From positions 7,316 to 71,315 of the forward strand of contig CAVQDH010000012.1 in the NCBI GenBank assembly GCA_963711215.1: 64,000 nucleotides of DNA, in the 5' to 3' direction. A model generated the notes under the pieces. The model was not told where the DNA came from. It ran no database searches and was given only the letters and a program-made list of their open reading frames with translations. The position numbers and the translations under genes were made by a program. Source of the DNA: an uncultured Alphaproteobacteria bacterium (GTDB taxonomy: Bacteria > Pseudomonadota > Alphaproteobacteria > UBA8366). This document shows, in pieces, positions 1-16,819 of this stretch (position 1 is its first letter; each line of letters starts with the position of its first letter).

Positions 1-1010
1 GCTCCATCTTCAGGTGCTTGACCTGCGGGTCGGCGAAGACCTGGTCGATATTGTAGATCGGCCCGGCCGGGACGCCGGCCTTGTTGAAGATCTCGATCCA
101 GGCGGCGCTGTCCTTGCCGCGCGTGACCGCCTCGATCTCCGCGTTCAGCGCGTCGCGGTTCTTGGAACGGTCGGGCCCGGTCTTGTAGCGCGGGTCGGCG
201 ATCCAGCGCTCGGCGCCGACCGACTTGCAGAAGCGCTCCCAGATCGCGCCGCCGGCGACCGCCAGGTTGATGTAGCCGTCGCTGGTCTGGAACACGCCGG
301 TCGGGATGCTGGTCGGGTGGTTGTTGCCGGCCTGCTTGGCGACTTCCTTGCGACATCGTCCAGCGCGCGCCCTGGAAGTCGAGCATGAAGATCTGCGCCT
401 GCAGCAGCGAGCTCTGCACCCACTGCCCCTTGCCCGACGCCTCGCGCTCCAGCAGCGCCACCATGATGCCGTGCGCGCAGAGCAGGCCGGCGCAGAGGTC
501 GGCGATCGGGATGCCGACGCGCATCGGGCCCTTGCCGGGCTCGCCGGTGATCGACATCAGCCCGCCCATGCCCTGCGCGATCTGGTCGAAGCCCGGCCGC
601 CCCATGTAGGGGCCGTCCTGGCCGAAGCCGGAGATGCTGCCGAGGATGATGCGCGGGTTCACCTTGGCCAGGGAGTCGTAGTCGATGCCGAGGCGGTTCT
701 TCACGTCGGGGCGGTAGTTCTCGACCACGACATCCGCCTTCGCGACCAGCTTCATGAACAGCGCCACGCCGTCTTTATCTTTCAAATTCAGGGTAATTGC
801 GCGCTTGTTCCGATGTAGATTCTGAAAATCCGGGCCATGCCGGCTGCCGCCGAGCCCTTCCTTCGCGTCGAGCGCCTCGGGCAGCTCGATCTTGATGACG
901 TTGGCGCCCCAGTCGGCGAGCTGGCGCACGCAGGTCGGCCCCGAACGCACGCGGGTCAGGTCGAGGACGGTGTAGCGCGACAGCGCCGGCGAGGCGGGGT
1001 GATGAGACAT
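1..1010 (-). pseudogene. Family III CoA-transferase (CaiB/BaiF type); C-terminus cut by window edge; one frame break near 345-355
   Basis: Minus-strand translation from ATG at 1010..1008 reads MSHHPASPALSRYTVLDLTRVRSGPTCVRQLADWGANVIKIE...RPGFDQIAQGMGGLMSITGEPGKGPMRVGIPIADL. After ...FQGARWTM the conserved continuation EVAKQAGNNHPTSIPTGVFQTSDGYINLAVAG...FADPQVKHLKME is only found one frame over. It is absent from the ORF track because it runs off the window. Confidence 0.8.
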
Positions 1011-1274
1011 GGGCGGTGTTCCTTACGGCATTCGGTTCGGCGGGCGGGCCCGGCCGCCATCGAGCGGCCAGGGGGTTTTATCACGTGAATCGGCGGCCTG
1101 CCTAGGCAGGGACGGCGGGATATCGCCCGCCGCCCGCCTGCGGCCACGCGTCGCGGGCAAATGTGACAGCGGCGTTGCATGCCACCGGCAGATATGGTGC
1201 AGTGACACCAGTATCTTGGGACCCGTCCTCGGGGAAATATTTAGGACGCAGGCCGGAATGGGGGTGGAGACTGT

Positions 1275-2189
<915 letters not shown>

Positions 2190-2193
2190 CTGC

Positions 2194-3562
2194 ATGACGA
2201 CTGTCGAGACTGCCGACAAACCGCCGCACGCGCCCGCGCTGGACCTGCCGGCGGTCTTCAAGGATGCGGCGGTCGCGGCGCTGATCTCGCTCGTCCTCGC
2301 CGCGCCGATGTTCGGCTTCCACCTCGTCAGCATCAGCGCCCGGCCCGGCTCGAACGAGGGCATCGGGCTGGAGCAGCGCTGGAGCTGGGTGGCGATCGCG
2401 GTCGCCGTGGTGTTCGTCGGGCGCCTGGCGCTCCATTTCGCGCTGCACGGATTCCGGCGGATCGGCCGGCCTGCCGCGAGCGTCTGGGAGCGGGCCGGGC
2501 GCTTCCGCCGCCCGGCGGAGTTCGGCGTCACCGGCCTGCTGCTGGTCCTGGCGGCGACCTGGCCGCTCTGGCCCTTCGTCGACCGCTACCGGCTCGATCT
2601 CGGCGTCCTCGTGCTCACTTACGTGATGCTGGGCTGGGGCCTCAACATCGTGGTCGGCCTCGCCGGGCTGCTCGACCTCGGCTACGTCGCCTTCTACGCG
2701 GTCGGCGCCTACAGCTACGCGCTGATATCGACGCATTTCGGCCTCGGCTTCTGGGAGTGCCTGCCGATGGCCGGCGCCTTCGCCGCCTGTTTCGGGCTCA
2801 CGCTCGGCTTTCCGGTGCTGCGGCTGCGCGGCGACTACCTGGCGATCGTCACGCTCGGCTTCGGCGAGATCATCCGCATCATCCTGCTCAACTGGTACCA
2901 GGTGACGAACGGGCCGGACGGCGTCTCCGGCATCCCGCGGCCGACCTTCTTCGGCATGCCCTTCACCGCGAACCCGCCGGAGGGCGTGACCGCGTTCAAC
3001 CAGTTCTTCGGCCTCGGAATACACCTCGACCCAGCGCATCGTGTTCCTCTACTACGTCATCCTCGCGATGGCGCTGCTGACCAACCTGTTCACGCTGCGC
3101 ATCCGGCGGCTGCCGGTCGGGCGCGCCTGGGAAGCGCTGCGCGAGGACGAGATCGCCTGCCGGTCGCTCGGCATCAACCCGCGCAACACCAAGCTCACCG
3201 CGTTTGCGATCGGCGCGATGTTCGCCGGCTTCGGCGGCTCCTTCTTCGCCACCCGTCAGGGCTTCGTCAGCCCGGAGAGCTTCACCTTCATCGAATCCGC
3301 GATCATCCTCGCCATCGTCGTGCTGGGCGGCATGGGCAACCAGCTCGGCGTCGTGCTCGCCGCCGTGCTGCTGATCGGCGTGACCGAGCTGTTCCGCGAG
3401 CTGGAGCAGTTCCGCATGCTGGCCTTCGGCGCCGGCATGGTGGCGATCATGGTGTGGCGGCCGCGCGGCCTGCTGGCGCACCGCGATCCGACGATCCGGC
3501 TGCATCCGCACGGCGGGCCGCCCGGCGCGCCCGAGGGCAAACCGCCCGGAGACAGGGCCTGA
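2194..3562 (+). pseudogene. livM: Branched-chain amino acid ABC transporter permease (LivM/BraE); frame break near 3016
   Basis: The N-terminal part lies in ORF 2194..3648 (LGWGLNIVVGLAGLLDLGYVAFYAVGAYSYAL, FGEIIRIILLNWYQVTNGPDGVSGIP). The C-terminal part lies in ORF 3041..3562 (IVFLYYVILAMALL...GINPRNTKLTAFAIGAMFAGFGGSFFATRQGFVSPESF). Joining them requires removing one base in ggcctcGgaatac (~3016). Confidence 0.88.
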
Positions 3563-3583
3563 TGGCGGCGGCCGCGAACACCC

Positions 3584-5184
<1,601 letters not shown>

Positions 5185-5187
5185 TGG

Positions 5188-5577
5188 ATGTCTGCGAGCG
5201 CATCCTCGATCGACTGGCCGGTCTTCATCGCGATCACCGTCATCCTGTTCGGCTTCGTGGCTTTCATGACGGGCCGTGCGCTCGCGGCGACATGGCGAAC
5301 CGTCTGGTGGACCGTGCCCTATTGCGTCCTGCTGGGGCTGGTCGACCGCTTCTTCACCTGGGCGCTGTTCGACGGCGTGCTGCTGTCGCCCGTGGCCTAT
5401 GCGATCGACACGCTGGTGCTGCTGGCCCTCGCGCTGACCGCCTTTCGCGTGACGCAGGTCAGCAAGATGGTACGGCAATACCCATGGCTTTATGCCCGGT
5501 CCGGCCCCTTCGCGTGGCGGCGGATCCTGCCCTTCGGCGATACCGGCGGCGCGCCGGACACCGTAGAAAAGAATTGA
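5188..5577 (+). CDS. Small integral membrane protein of unknown function directly downstream of livF (possibly DUF6867-type)
   Basis: 129-aa ORF starting 4 nt after the livF stop. It has three clear hydrophobic segments (WPVFIAITVILFGFVAFM, WWTVPYCVLLGLV, AYAIDTLVLLALALTAF). The family name is from memory and is not verified. Confidence 0.6.
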   Translation: MSASASSIDWPVFIAITVILFGFVAFMTGRALAATWRTVWWTVPYCVLLGLVDRFFTWALFDGVLLSPVAYAIDTLVLLALALTAFRVTQVSKMVRQYPWLYARSGPFAWRRILPFGDTGGAPDTVEKN

Positions 5578-5688
5578 TGCGGCGCGGCGCAATGTTAGAC
5601 TCGAAACCGGGCGCGGCAGTTGTTACTGCCGGCAGGCGGGGACGGTTCAAGTCGGATTTTCAACGGCATACCAGAGGGATTTAAAGTC

Positions 5689-6804
<1,116 letters not shown>

Positions 6805-6853
6805 GCCGGCGCTGCTCGCGCTATCGGGTTAGCCTGATACACCGCCCGTCGGC

Positions 6854-6877
6854 CTGCCGGGGCACGCGCCCCGGCAG
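6854..6877 (+). terminator. Stem-loop downstream of livJ (9-bp GC stem, 6-nt loop), no U-tract
   Basis: ctgccgggg-cacgcg-ccccggcag, 50 nt after the livJ stop. It is not followed by a T run, so terminator function is uncertain. Confidence 0.35.
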
Positions 6878-6942
6878 CGCCGCACGGGCGGCTGAGCGTC
6901 ACGGGCGGCCGACCGCAAGGCCATGAAACGTAAAGCCATGAA

Positions 6943-8292
6943 ATGCTGCTGAGATTTTCGATCCGGTTCCGGCGTCTCCTGCCCGCGCTCGCCGTCCTGC
7001 CCGTCTTCCTCGCGGCGGTAAGCCTGCCGCCGGCGCAGGCCGCCGACGAGTCCGGCGCCGCGCCCCGCGCCCCAGACGCGCGCCTCAAGCTGCCGCCCCA
7101 AGCCACGCCCCAAACAGCGCCGCAAACAGCGCCGCAAGCCGTGCCGGGAGCAGGGGCAGGGACGGCGGATGCCGATTTCGCCGCCTGGAAAGAGGCGGTC
7201 CGGCAGGAAGCGCTCAAGCGCGGCATCTCGAAGGCGACGCTCGACAAGGCGCTGACCCTGGCGGCGCCGATTCCGCGCGTCGTCGAGCTCGACCACAAGC
7301 AGCCCGAATTCACCCAGACCTTCTGGCGCTATCTCGACGCGCGCGTGAACGAGACGCGGATCGCGCGCGGCCAGGAAATGCTGAAGAAACATGCCGCGCT
7401 GCTCGATAAGATCTGGCGCAAATACCACGTGCCGCCGCGCTTCCTGGTCGCGTTCTGGGGCATGGAGAGCAACTATGGCGACCATTTCGGCGGCTATCCG
7501 GTGGTCGACGCGCTGCTCACGCTGGCCTACGATCCGCGGCGCAGCCGTTTCTTCCGCGAGCAGCTCTTCGACGCGCTCGAGATCATCGACCGCGGCGACA
7601 TCACCGTGGACCAGATGCGCGGCTCCTGGGCCGGCGCCATGGGCCACCTGCAATTCATTCCGTCGACCTTTGTCCAGTATGCCGTGGACGCGGACGGCGA
7701 CGGCAAGCGCGACATCTGGAACAGCCTGCCGGACACCTTCGCCACCGCGGCGAACTATCTCTCGAGCATCGGCTGGCACGGCGACGAGACCTGGGGGCGC
7801 GAGGTCCGCCTGCCGAAAGGCTTCGACTACGAGCTCGCGTCATCCTCCGTCTCGAAGACGGTCAACGAGTGGGCCAAGCTCGGCGTCCGGCAGGCCGATG
7901 GCAAGCCGCTGCCGCACGCCAGCCTGAAGGCGACGCTGGTGCTGCCGTCGGGCCACGAGGGACCGGCCTTCCTGACCTATAACAACTACCAGCGCATCCT
8001 CAACTGGAACCGCTCGGCGCTCTACGCGATCGCGGTCGGCCATCTCGCCGACCGGCTGATCGGCCGCGGCCCGCTGCAAGGCCCGCGCCCGGCCAACGAG
8101 CAGCCGCTCAGCCGCGCCATGGTCATCGAGATGCAGCAGCGCCTTGCCGCGCACGGCTTCGACGTCGGGTCGACCGACGGCGTCATCGGCCCGATGACGC
8201 GCACCGCGATCCGCGATTTCCAGAAAGCCAAGGGCATGACGCCGGACGGATTTCCGACGACGGAACTCCTTGAAAAGCTGCGCGGCGGATGA
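6943..8292 (+). CDS. Lytic murein transglycosylase (MltB/Slt35-like) with C-terminal peptidoglycan-binding domain
   Basis: Intact 449 aa with signal peptide ...LPPAQA. It carries transglycosylase motifs (FWGMESNYG, GAMGHLQFIPSTF) and a C-terminal PG_binding_1-like QQRLAAHGFDVGSTDGVIGPMTRTAIRDFQKAKGM. Confidence 0.85.
   Translation: MLLRFSIRFRRLLPALAVLPVFLAAVSLPPAQAADESGAAPRAPDARLKLPPQATPQTAPQTAPQAVPGAGAGTADADFAAWKEAVRQEALKRGISKATLDKALTLAAPIPRVVELDHKQPEFTQTFWRYLDARVNETRIARGQEMLKKHAALLDKIWRKYHVPPRFLVAFWGMESNYGDHFGGYPVVDALLTLAYDPRRSRFFREQLFDALEIIDRGDITVDQMRGSWAGAMGHLQFIPSTFVQYAVDADGDGKRDIWNSLPDTFATAANYLSSIGWHGDETWGREVRLPKGFDYELASSSVSKTVNEWAKLGVRQADGKPLPHASLKATLVLPSGHEGPAFLTYNNYQRILNWNRSALYAIAVGHLADRLIGRGPLQGPRPANEQPLSRAMVIEMQQRLAAHGFDVGSTDGVIGPMTRTAIRDFQKAKGMTPDGFPTTELLEKLRGG
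7096..7143 (+). repeat. Four degenerate 12-nt tandem units inside the transglycosylase linker (PQAT PQTA PQTA PQAV)
   Basis: ccccaagccacg / ccccaaacagcg / ccgcaaacagcg / ccgcaagccgtg read directly from the sequence. Confidence 0.7.
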
Positions 8293-8344
8293 GCAAGTGT
8301 TTGAATCCCGGATGGATCGGCGATAGTATCTACATTCTGTAGAG

Positions 8345-9351
8345 ATGGATTGGGTCTCCCACAAGATCATGAGCCGGAAGAGAAGGCCGTTTCGCGCCCC
8401 CGCCTTGTGCATGATGGCCGTCCTGGCCTGCGGCGGCTGCGCGGAAACGGAGTTCCTGTCCAATTCGGTGAAAGGGCTGCGCAGCCCGTCGACCCCTGAC
8501 GGCGGCATGTACAAGATCGGCAACCCCTATCAGATCGACGGCGTGACCTACACGCCCCATGTCGATTACCAGTATGTCCGAGACCGGCGTCGCCTCCTGG
8601 TACGGGCCGAAATTCCACGGCAACCGGACGGCCGACGGCGAGGCCTTCGACATGAACTCGATCAGCGCGGCGCACCGCACGCTGCCGCTGCCCAGCATGG
8701 TCCGGGTCACCAATCTCGAGAACGGCCGCGCGCTCAACGTGCGGGTCAATGACCGCGGACCGTTCAGCCGCGGGCGGATCATCGACTTGTCGCGCCGCGC
8801 CGCGCAGCTCCTCGGCTTCGAGAAAAAGGGAACGGCGATGGTGCGGGTGGAGATTCTGCCGCAAGAGAGCATCGCGCTGGCGCATGGCATGGACGGCATG
8901 GCCATCGGCCTCGGCGGACAGCCCGCCGCCGCCCCAAGCGGCGCCCCGGATGGCCGTCACCAGCGCGGAGCTCGCGCCGCCGCCGGGCGTCCGCGTCGCG
9001 CCCGCGCCGACCAGCGACTATCAGGTCGCCGCGGTCGGCCGGCCGCCGCCGCCCGAGTCCCGCGCCCCGGCGCATCTGGAGCGGGTGGACGGACAGGTGC
9101 AGCGGGTGCCGGTCGCGCCCAACCCCGGCATGTTCGTCCAGGCCGGCGCTTTTTCGCAATTCGCCAATGCGCACCGGGTCGAAGTCCTGCTGCAGCGGGT
9201 CGGCCCGGTGCAAATCAGCCAGGTCGACGGCGGCGCGGGACACCTGTTCCGCGTCCGGCTCGGCCCGGTACGGTCGGTCAAGGAGGCCGACGCCTTGCTC
9301 GCGCGGGTCGTCGCGAGCGGTATCAACGAAGCGCGCATCGTCGTCGACTGA
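8345..9351 (+). pseudogene. rlpA: Septal ring lytic transglycosylase RlpA (DPBB + SPOR domains); two frame breaks (~8575, ~8930)
   Basis: Lipobox LACGGC. DPBB core ETGVASWYGPKFHGNRTADGEAFDMNSISAAHRTLPLPSMVRVTNLENGRALNVRVNDRGPF. SPOR-like end MFVQAGAFSQFANAHRVEVLL...FRVRLGPVRSVKEADALLARV. The protein is spread over ORFs 8345..8752, 8559..9359 and 8749..9351. Confidence 0.85.
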
Positions 9352-9487
9352 GGCGCTAAGGGGCCGTGCCACAAAATCGGCCCATTGCACGGTTATGGAA
9401 AGCGCCTCCGGGCGTTGCGGGCATAAGAACAAACGAACAAAAGCACCGGGACAATCATCCACACGCAGTGCATCAACCGGACGGGAT

Positions 9488-10633
9488 ATGACCAAGCACA
9501 TCACCAAGTTGTTCGCGGCGGCGCTGACCGCCGTCTTCATCGCCTCCCGGCCGCCTCCGCGGCCGATTTCGAGACCGCGGCCAAGCACGCCATCATCATC
9601 GACTATGCGACGGGCGCCGAGCTTTTCAGCAAGAATCCCGACGAGATCATCGAGCCGGCCTCGATGACCAAGATGATGACGATCTACCTGCTGTTCGAGC
9701 GATTGCAGAACAAAAGCCTGAAGCTCACCGACACCTTCCTGGTCAGCGAGAAGGCCTGGCGCATGCAGGGATCGAAGATGTTCGTCCCGGTCGGCCAGCG
9801 GGTCAGCGTCGAGGACCTGATACGGGGAATCATCGTGCAGTCGGGCAACGACGCCGCGATCGTCGTCGCCGAAGGCCTGGCCGGCAGCGAGGAAGCCTTC
9901 GCCCAGCAGATGACCGCGAAGGCGCACCAGCTCGGCATGACCAACACGGTGTTCAAGAACGCATCGGGCTGGCCGGAGGAGGGCCATCATACGACCGTGC
10001 GCGACCTCTCCACGCTGGCGCGCGCGACGATCCACGATTTCCCGCAGTATTACCACTATTATTCCGAAAAAGAATTCGTTTTCAATAAGATCAAGCAAGG
10101 CAACCGCAACCCTCTGCTGTATTCGAATTCGGGCGCCGACGGCCTGAAGACGGGACATGCGGAGTCGGCCGGCTATGGTCTCACGGCGTCCGCCGTGCGC
10201 GGCAACATGCGCCTCATCCTGGTGGCGCACGGCATGAGCTCGATGCACGAGCGCGCGTCAGGAATCCGCCCGGCTGATGGATTGGGCCTTCCGCGAGTTC
10301 AACAGCTACCCGCTGTTCAAGGGCGGCGAGAAGGTCGTGGACGCCAAGGTCTGGCTCGGCGCGGCGCAAACCGTGCCGCTGACGATCCAGGACGACGTGA
10401 CCGCGGTGATCAAGCGCAGCGCGCGCAAGGCGCTCAAGGTCAAGGCGGACTTCAACGAGCCGATCGCCGCGCCAATCAAGAAGGGCGCGCAGGTCGGCAA
10501 GCTCGTCGTGACCGCCCCCGACATGAAGCCGATCGAGCGGCCGCTCTACGCCGGCGCCGATGTCGCCCCGCTCGGCGTCGTCGGCCGCCTCAAGGCCGCC
10601 GTCAGCTATCTCGTCTGGGGCGGCGGACAATGA
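9488..10633 (+). pseudogene. D-alanyl-D-alanine carboxypeptidase (PBP5/6 family); frame breaks ~9547 and ~10258
   Basis: Signal peptide MTKHITKLFAAALTAVFIA. SxxK motif ASMTKMMT, SxN motif VQSGND, KTG motif LKTGH, and a C-terminal PBP5_C-like MDWAFREFNSYPLFKGGEKVVDAKVWLG. The pieces lie in the frames of ORFs 9167..9667, 9664..10647 and 10277..10633. cccc->ccc at ~9547 and an extra t at 10258 restore the protein. Confidence 0.85.
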
Positions 10634-10662
10634 CCGCCGGCAAATAGGCGGAGGAGAGGGCG

Positions 10663-11416
10663 ATGGCCGACCCGCCGCGCGCCTCCGCGACGCCCCGCGG
10701 GTCCGGCCGTAGGCCGGCCCGAGGACAGGCCCCGCCGCCACCGCGGCGCGGGCGGGCCGTTTCATATCGCTGGAGGGCGGGGAGGGTGCCGGCAAGTCGA
10801 CCCAGATCCGCCATCTTGCCCGGGCGCTCGAGGACGCCGGCCTGACGGTCGTCACGACCCGCGAGCCGGGCGGCTCCCCGGGCGCCGAGGCCATTCGGGC
10901 GCTGCTTGTCAGCGGCGAAACCGGGCGCTGGGATGGCGTCACGGAGCTGCTGCTGCACTACGCGGCGCGCCGCGACCACCTGACCCATACGATCCTGCCG
11001 GCGCTCGAGCGCGGCGACTGGGTGGTCACCGACCGCTTCGCAGACTCGACCATGGCCTATCAGGGCTACGGCTTCGGGCTCGGCCGCGAGGCGGTGGAGC
11101 AGGTGCATCGCGCCGCCGTCGGCGACATCCGCCCGGACCTTACGCTGATCCTCGACATCCCGGTCGAGGCCGGCCTCGCGCGCGCCGCGAAGCGCGACGG
11201 GGAAGGGGATGCGGATGGGAAGGGGGGCGCAAACCGCTACGAGCGCATGCCGCGCGACTTTCACGAGCGCCTGCGCCAGGGATTCCTCGATATCGCGGCC
11301 CGCGAGCCCGAGCGCTGCGTGGTGATCGACGCGGGCAAGCCGGCGGACGAGGTCGCGGACGCGATCCGCGCCGCCGTCGCCGACCGGCTCGGCGTCGAAT
11401 TCCCGGACCGCGCCGC

Positions 11417-11420
<4 letters not shown>
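10663..11420 (+). pseudogene. tmk: dTMP (thymidylate) kinase; frame break between ~10700 and 10750
   Basis: P-loop segment RFISLEGGEGAGKSTQ, REPGG, DRFADSTMAYQGYG. That frame has a stop at 10710..10712 and no start after it. The only good start is ATG 10663 (SD ggaggagaggg), which is in another frame. Confidence 0.8.
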
Positions 11421-14184
<2,764 letters not shown>

Positions 14185-14192
14185 GCCCGGCG

Positions 14193-15011
14193 ATGCTGGT
14201 CGACAGCCACTGCCATCTCGACTACCTGGCGCGGGACGGCGACCTGGACGCGGTCGTCGGGCGGGCGCGGGCGGCCGGGGTCGGCCGCATGCTGACGATC
14301 TGCACCAAGGTCTCCGAGTTCGACACGATCCTCGCCATCGCCAGGCGCTATGACGACGTCTGGTGCACGGTCGGCATCCACCCGCACGAGGCCGAGGCGG
14401 AGCCCGCAGTCACGGCGGAGCGCCTGGTCGCGCTGACCCAGGACCCGCGGGTCGTCGGGATCGGCGAGACCGGCCTCGATTATTTCTACGAGCACAGCCC
14501 GCGCGAAGAGCAGCAGGCGAGCTTCCGCGCCCATATCGCGGCCGCCCGCGCGAGCGGCCTGCCGCTGATCGTCCACACCCGCGACGCCGACGAGGACACC
14601 GCGGCGATCCTGGAAGCGGAATACGCCAAGGGGGCGTTCACGGGCGTGATCCACTGCTTCAGCACGGGCCGCGAGCTGGCGGAGAGGGCGGTCGCCCTCG
14701 GCTTCTACATCTCGCTCTCGGGCATCCTGACCTTCAAGAAGGCGGAAGCGCTGCGCGAGACCGCGGCGGCGCTGCCGGCGGACCGGCTGCTGGTCGAGAC
14801 CGACGCGCCCTACCTGGCGCCGGTGCCGCTGCGCGGCAAGCCCAACGAGCCGTCCTACGTCGTGCACACGGCCGCGGCGCTGGCGCGGCTGCGCGGCGTC
14901 GGCCTGAACGAAATCGAAACCTCTACGAGCGATAATTTCTTCCGGCTTTTCCAACGCGTTCAGCGTCCATCGGCGCGCGCCGGTCTTCGGAAGACGACGG
15001 GGCAGGCATGA
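14193..15011 (+). CDS. TatD family metal-dependent hydrolase (DNase)
   Basis: Internal ATG at 14193 of ORF 13821..15011. Motifs: VDSHCHLD, GIHPHEA, GETGLDYFY, VHTRDA, HCFS, ETDAPYLAP. No frame break seen. Confidence 0.88.
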   Translation: MLVDSHCHLDYLARDGDLDAVVGRARAAGVGRMLTICTKVSEFDTILAIARRYDDVWCTVGIHPHEAEAEPAVTAERLVALTQDPRVVGIGETGLDYFYEHSPREEQQASFRAHIAAARASGLPLIVHTRDADEDTAAILEAEYAKGAFTGVIHCFSTGRELAERAVALGFYISLSGILTFKKAEALRETAAALPADRLLVETDAPYLAPVPLRGKPNEPSYVVHTAAALARLRGVGLNEIETSTSDNFFRLFQRVQRPSARAGLRKTTGQA

Positions 15012-15777
15012 AAATCACCATTCTCGGATGCGGCTCCTCGGGCGGGACGCCGACGATCGGCGGCGGCTGGGGCGAATGCGACCCGGCCGAGCCGCGGAAC
15101 CGCCGCCTGCGCGCCTCGATCCTGGTATCGGACGGCGCGACGACCCTGATGGTCGACGTCTCGCCGGACTGCCGGATGCAGCTCATCGCCGCAGGTATCG
15201 CGAAGCTCGACGCCGTGCTGTTCACGCACGCCCATGCGGACCATTGCCACGGCGTGGACGACCTGCGCTGGGTCAATATCGCGACCGGCCGGGACGTGCC
15301 GGCCTACGGCAACGCCAAGACGCTGGCCGAGGTACAGAAGCGCTTCGGCTATGCCTTCGAGCCGCTGCGCTACCAGAGCGAGGTGATTATTACAAGCCGG
15401 TGCTGGTAAGCCGCGAGATCGACGGCCCGTTCTGCGCCGGCACGATCGCCGTGACGCCGTTCGAACAGAGCCATGGCTTCTCGACCACGCTCGGCTTCCG
15501 CTTCGGCGATTTCGCGTATTCGACCGACGTGGTGGAGATGCCCGAGCCAGCCTTCGAGACGCTCGCCGGCATCGACACCTGGGTGGTCGACTGCTTTCGC
15601 AAGACGCCGCATCGCACGCACGCGCATCTGGCGCGGACGCTGGAATGGATCGCGCGCGTCCGGCCGCGCCGCGCGGTGCTGACCCACATGGGGTCGGGGA
15701 TGGACTACCGCACGCTCTGCGACGAGCTGCCGGCGGGCGTCGAGCCGGCCTATGACGGCATGGTGATCGAGGTCTGA
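15008..15777 (+). pseudogene. MBL-fold metallo-hydrolase (PhnP/GPP-like); frame break ~15375
   Basis: MKITILGCGSSGGTP and the HxHxDH motif FTHAHADHCHG lie in ORF 15008..15409. The C-terminal part YYKPVLVSREIDGPF...TPFEQSHG...AVLTHM lies in the frame of ORF 15028..15777. The ATGA start overlaps the tatD stop. Confidence 0.8.
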
Positions 15778-15920
15778 AACGCGCGCCGAAAACGCGTTCC
15801 GAGACGCGCGTCGGCACGCACGATCCGCGCCGAAATCGACAGTCGAAATCCGCACAGGAAAGCGCGCGTCCGGACGCGCAATTTGCGACGCGATCCGGCG
15901 TAGATTCGGCATCGAATTCG

Positions 15921-15980
15921 GCACCGAAAACCGGCGCAAAAATCACCGAAAATCGCGCCGAAAATTGGACCGAAAATCGC
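15921..15980. repeat. Five phased A-tracts (A4-A5 every 11-12 bp) built on CCGAAAAT-like units
   Basis: A-runs start at 15927, 15938, 15949, 15961 and 15973 (gcaccgaaaacc ggcgcaaaaatc accgaaaatcgcg ccgaaaattgg accgaaaatcgc), counted by hand. Confidence 0.75.
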
Positions 15981-16700
15981 CGCGCGCAGCACGCGTTTCG
16001 ATGCATGCCGGCGGGCGTTTCGGCGCACGGAACCGGGCGTACAAACGCCGCATCGCGCGCACCGTTTCACACCCGTCCTCAGCACAAAATTCGGCGCAAA
16101 TTCGGTGCGCAAAAACAGCGACATTTTTGCATTCCGGAAGGACGAAATTTGCGCATCGGGGGGCCTCGGAAAACCGTGCTTAAACGATACGCCTATATCC
16201 GCTGAACCCCCTGGAAATCCGGGCCTCTCCGAATAGGGACTTTGCGCGGTCCGCGACGCGCTCGATGTCGAAAATCGCCTCTCCCTTATATTTTCCATAA
16301 TATACATTATGCGACAACGACCATAAGGCGTTTTTGCCGGCGGAGGAGGAATTGGGGACCCGGTTTTGACGCATCTCGAAGGCACGCTCGGACGCAGGTT
16401 TGAAAGGCCGTTTCGGAGGTCATTTTTCGAGGCTGTTTTGTGGCTGTTTTCGAGCGCCGAATTCCAGCGTCAAAGGCGCGCAATTTTCGACACGGGACGC
16501 GACCGAAAATGCGGCGCAAAACGCAGCGCGCGGCGCGCAGATTTTGAATCCGAAAACATGCGCGGATGCGCGCGGCTTCGGCGCGACAACGACACGGTAA
16601 ACGAGCCACGGCACGCACACATAAAACGTCATCGGCGCGCCGCGTGGATTTGTATGTGCGGCGCTGCACGGCGCGCTCCGGATCAGCTCCAAAACGCAGC

Positions 16701-16819
16701 CGTCATTCGCCGGCTTGACCGGCGAATCCATGGCACGACCCGTCAGTCCTTTCCCAAGGCACGCCGTGCCACGCCCGACGCCATGCCATGGACAAGCCCG
16801 GTCAAGCCGGACTGTGACG
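16701..16819 (+). repeat. Family-2 double-hairpin intergenic repeat (~119 bp, termini CGTCAT...GTGACG), copy 1
   Basis: cgtcattcgccggcttgaccggcgaatccatgg ... ccatggacaagcccggtcaagccggactgtgacg. It aligns end-to-end with the copies at 17333 and 44506, and gives the recurrent pseudo-peptide MDSPVKPANDG in the ORF track. Confidence 0.8.
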
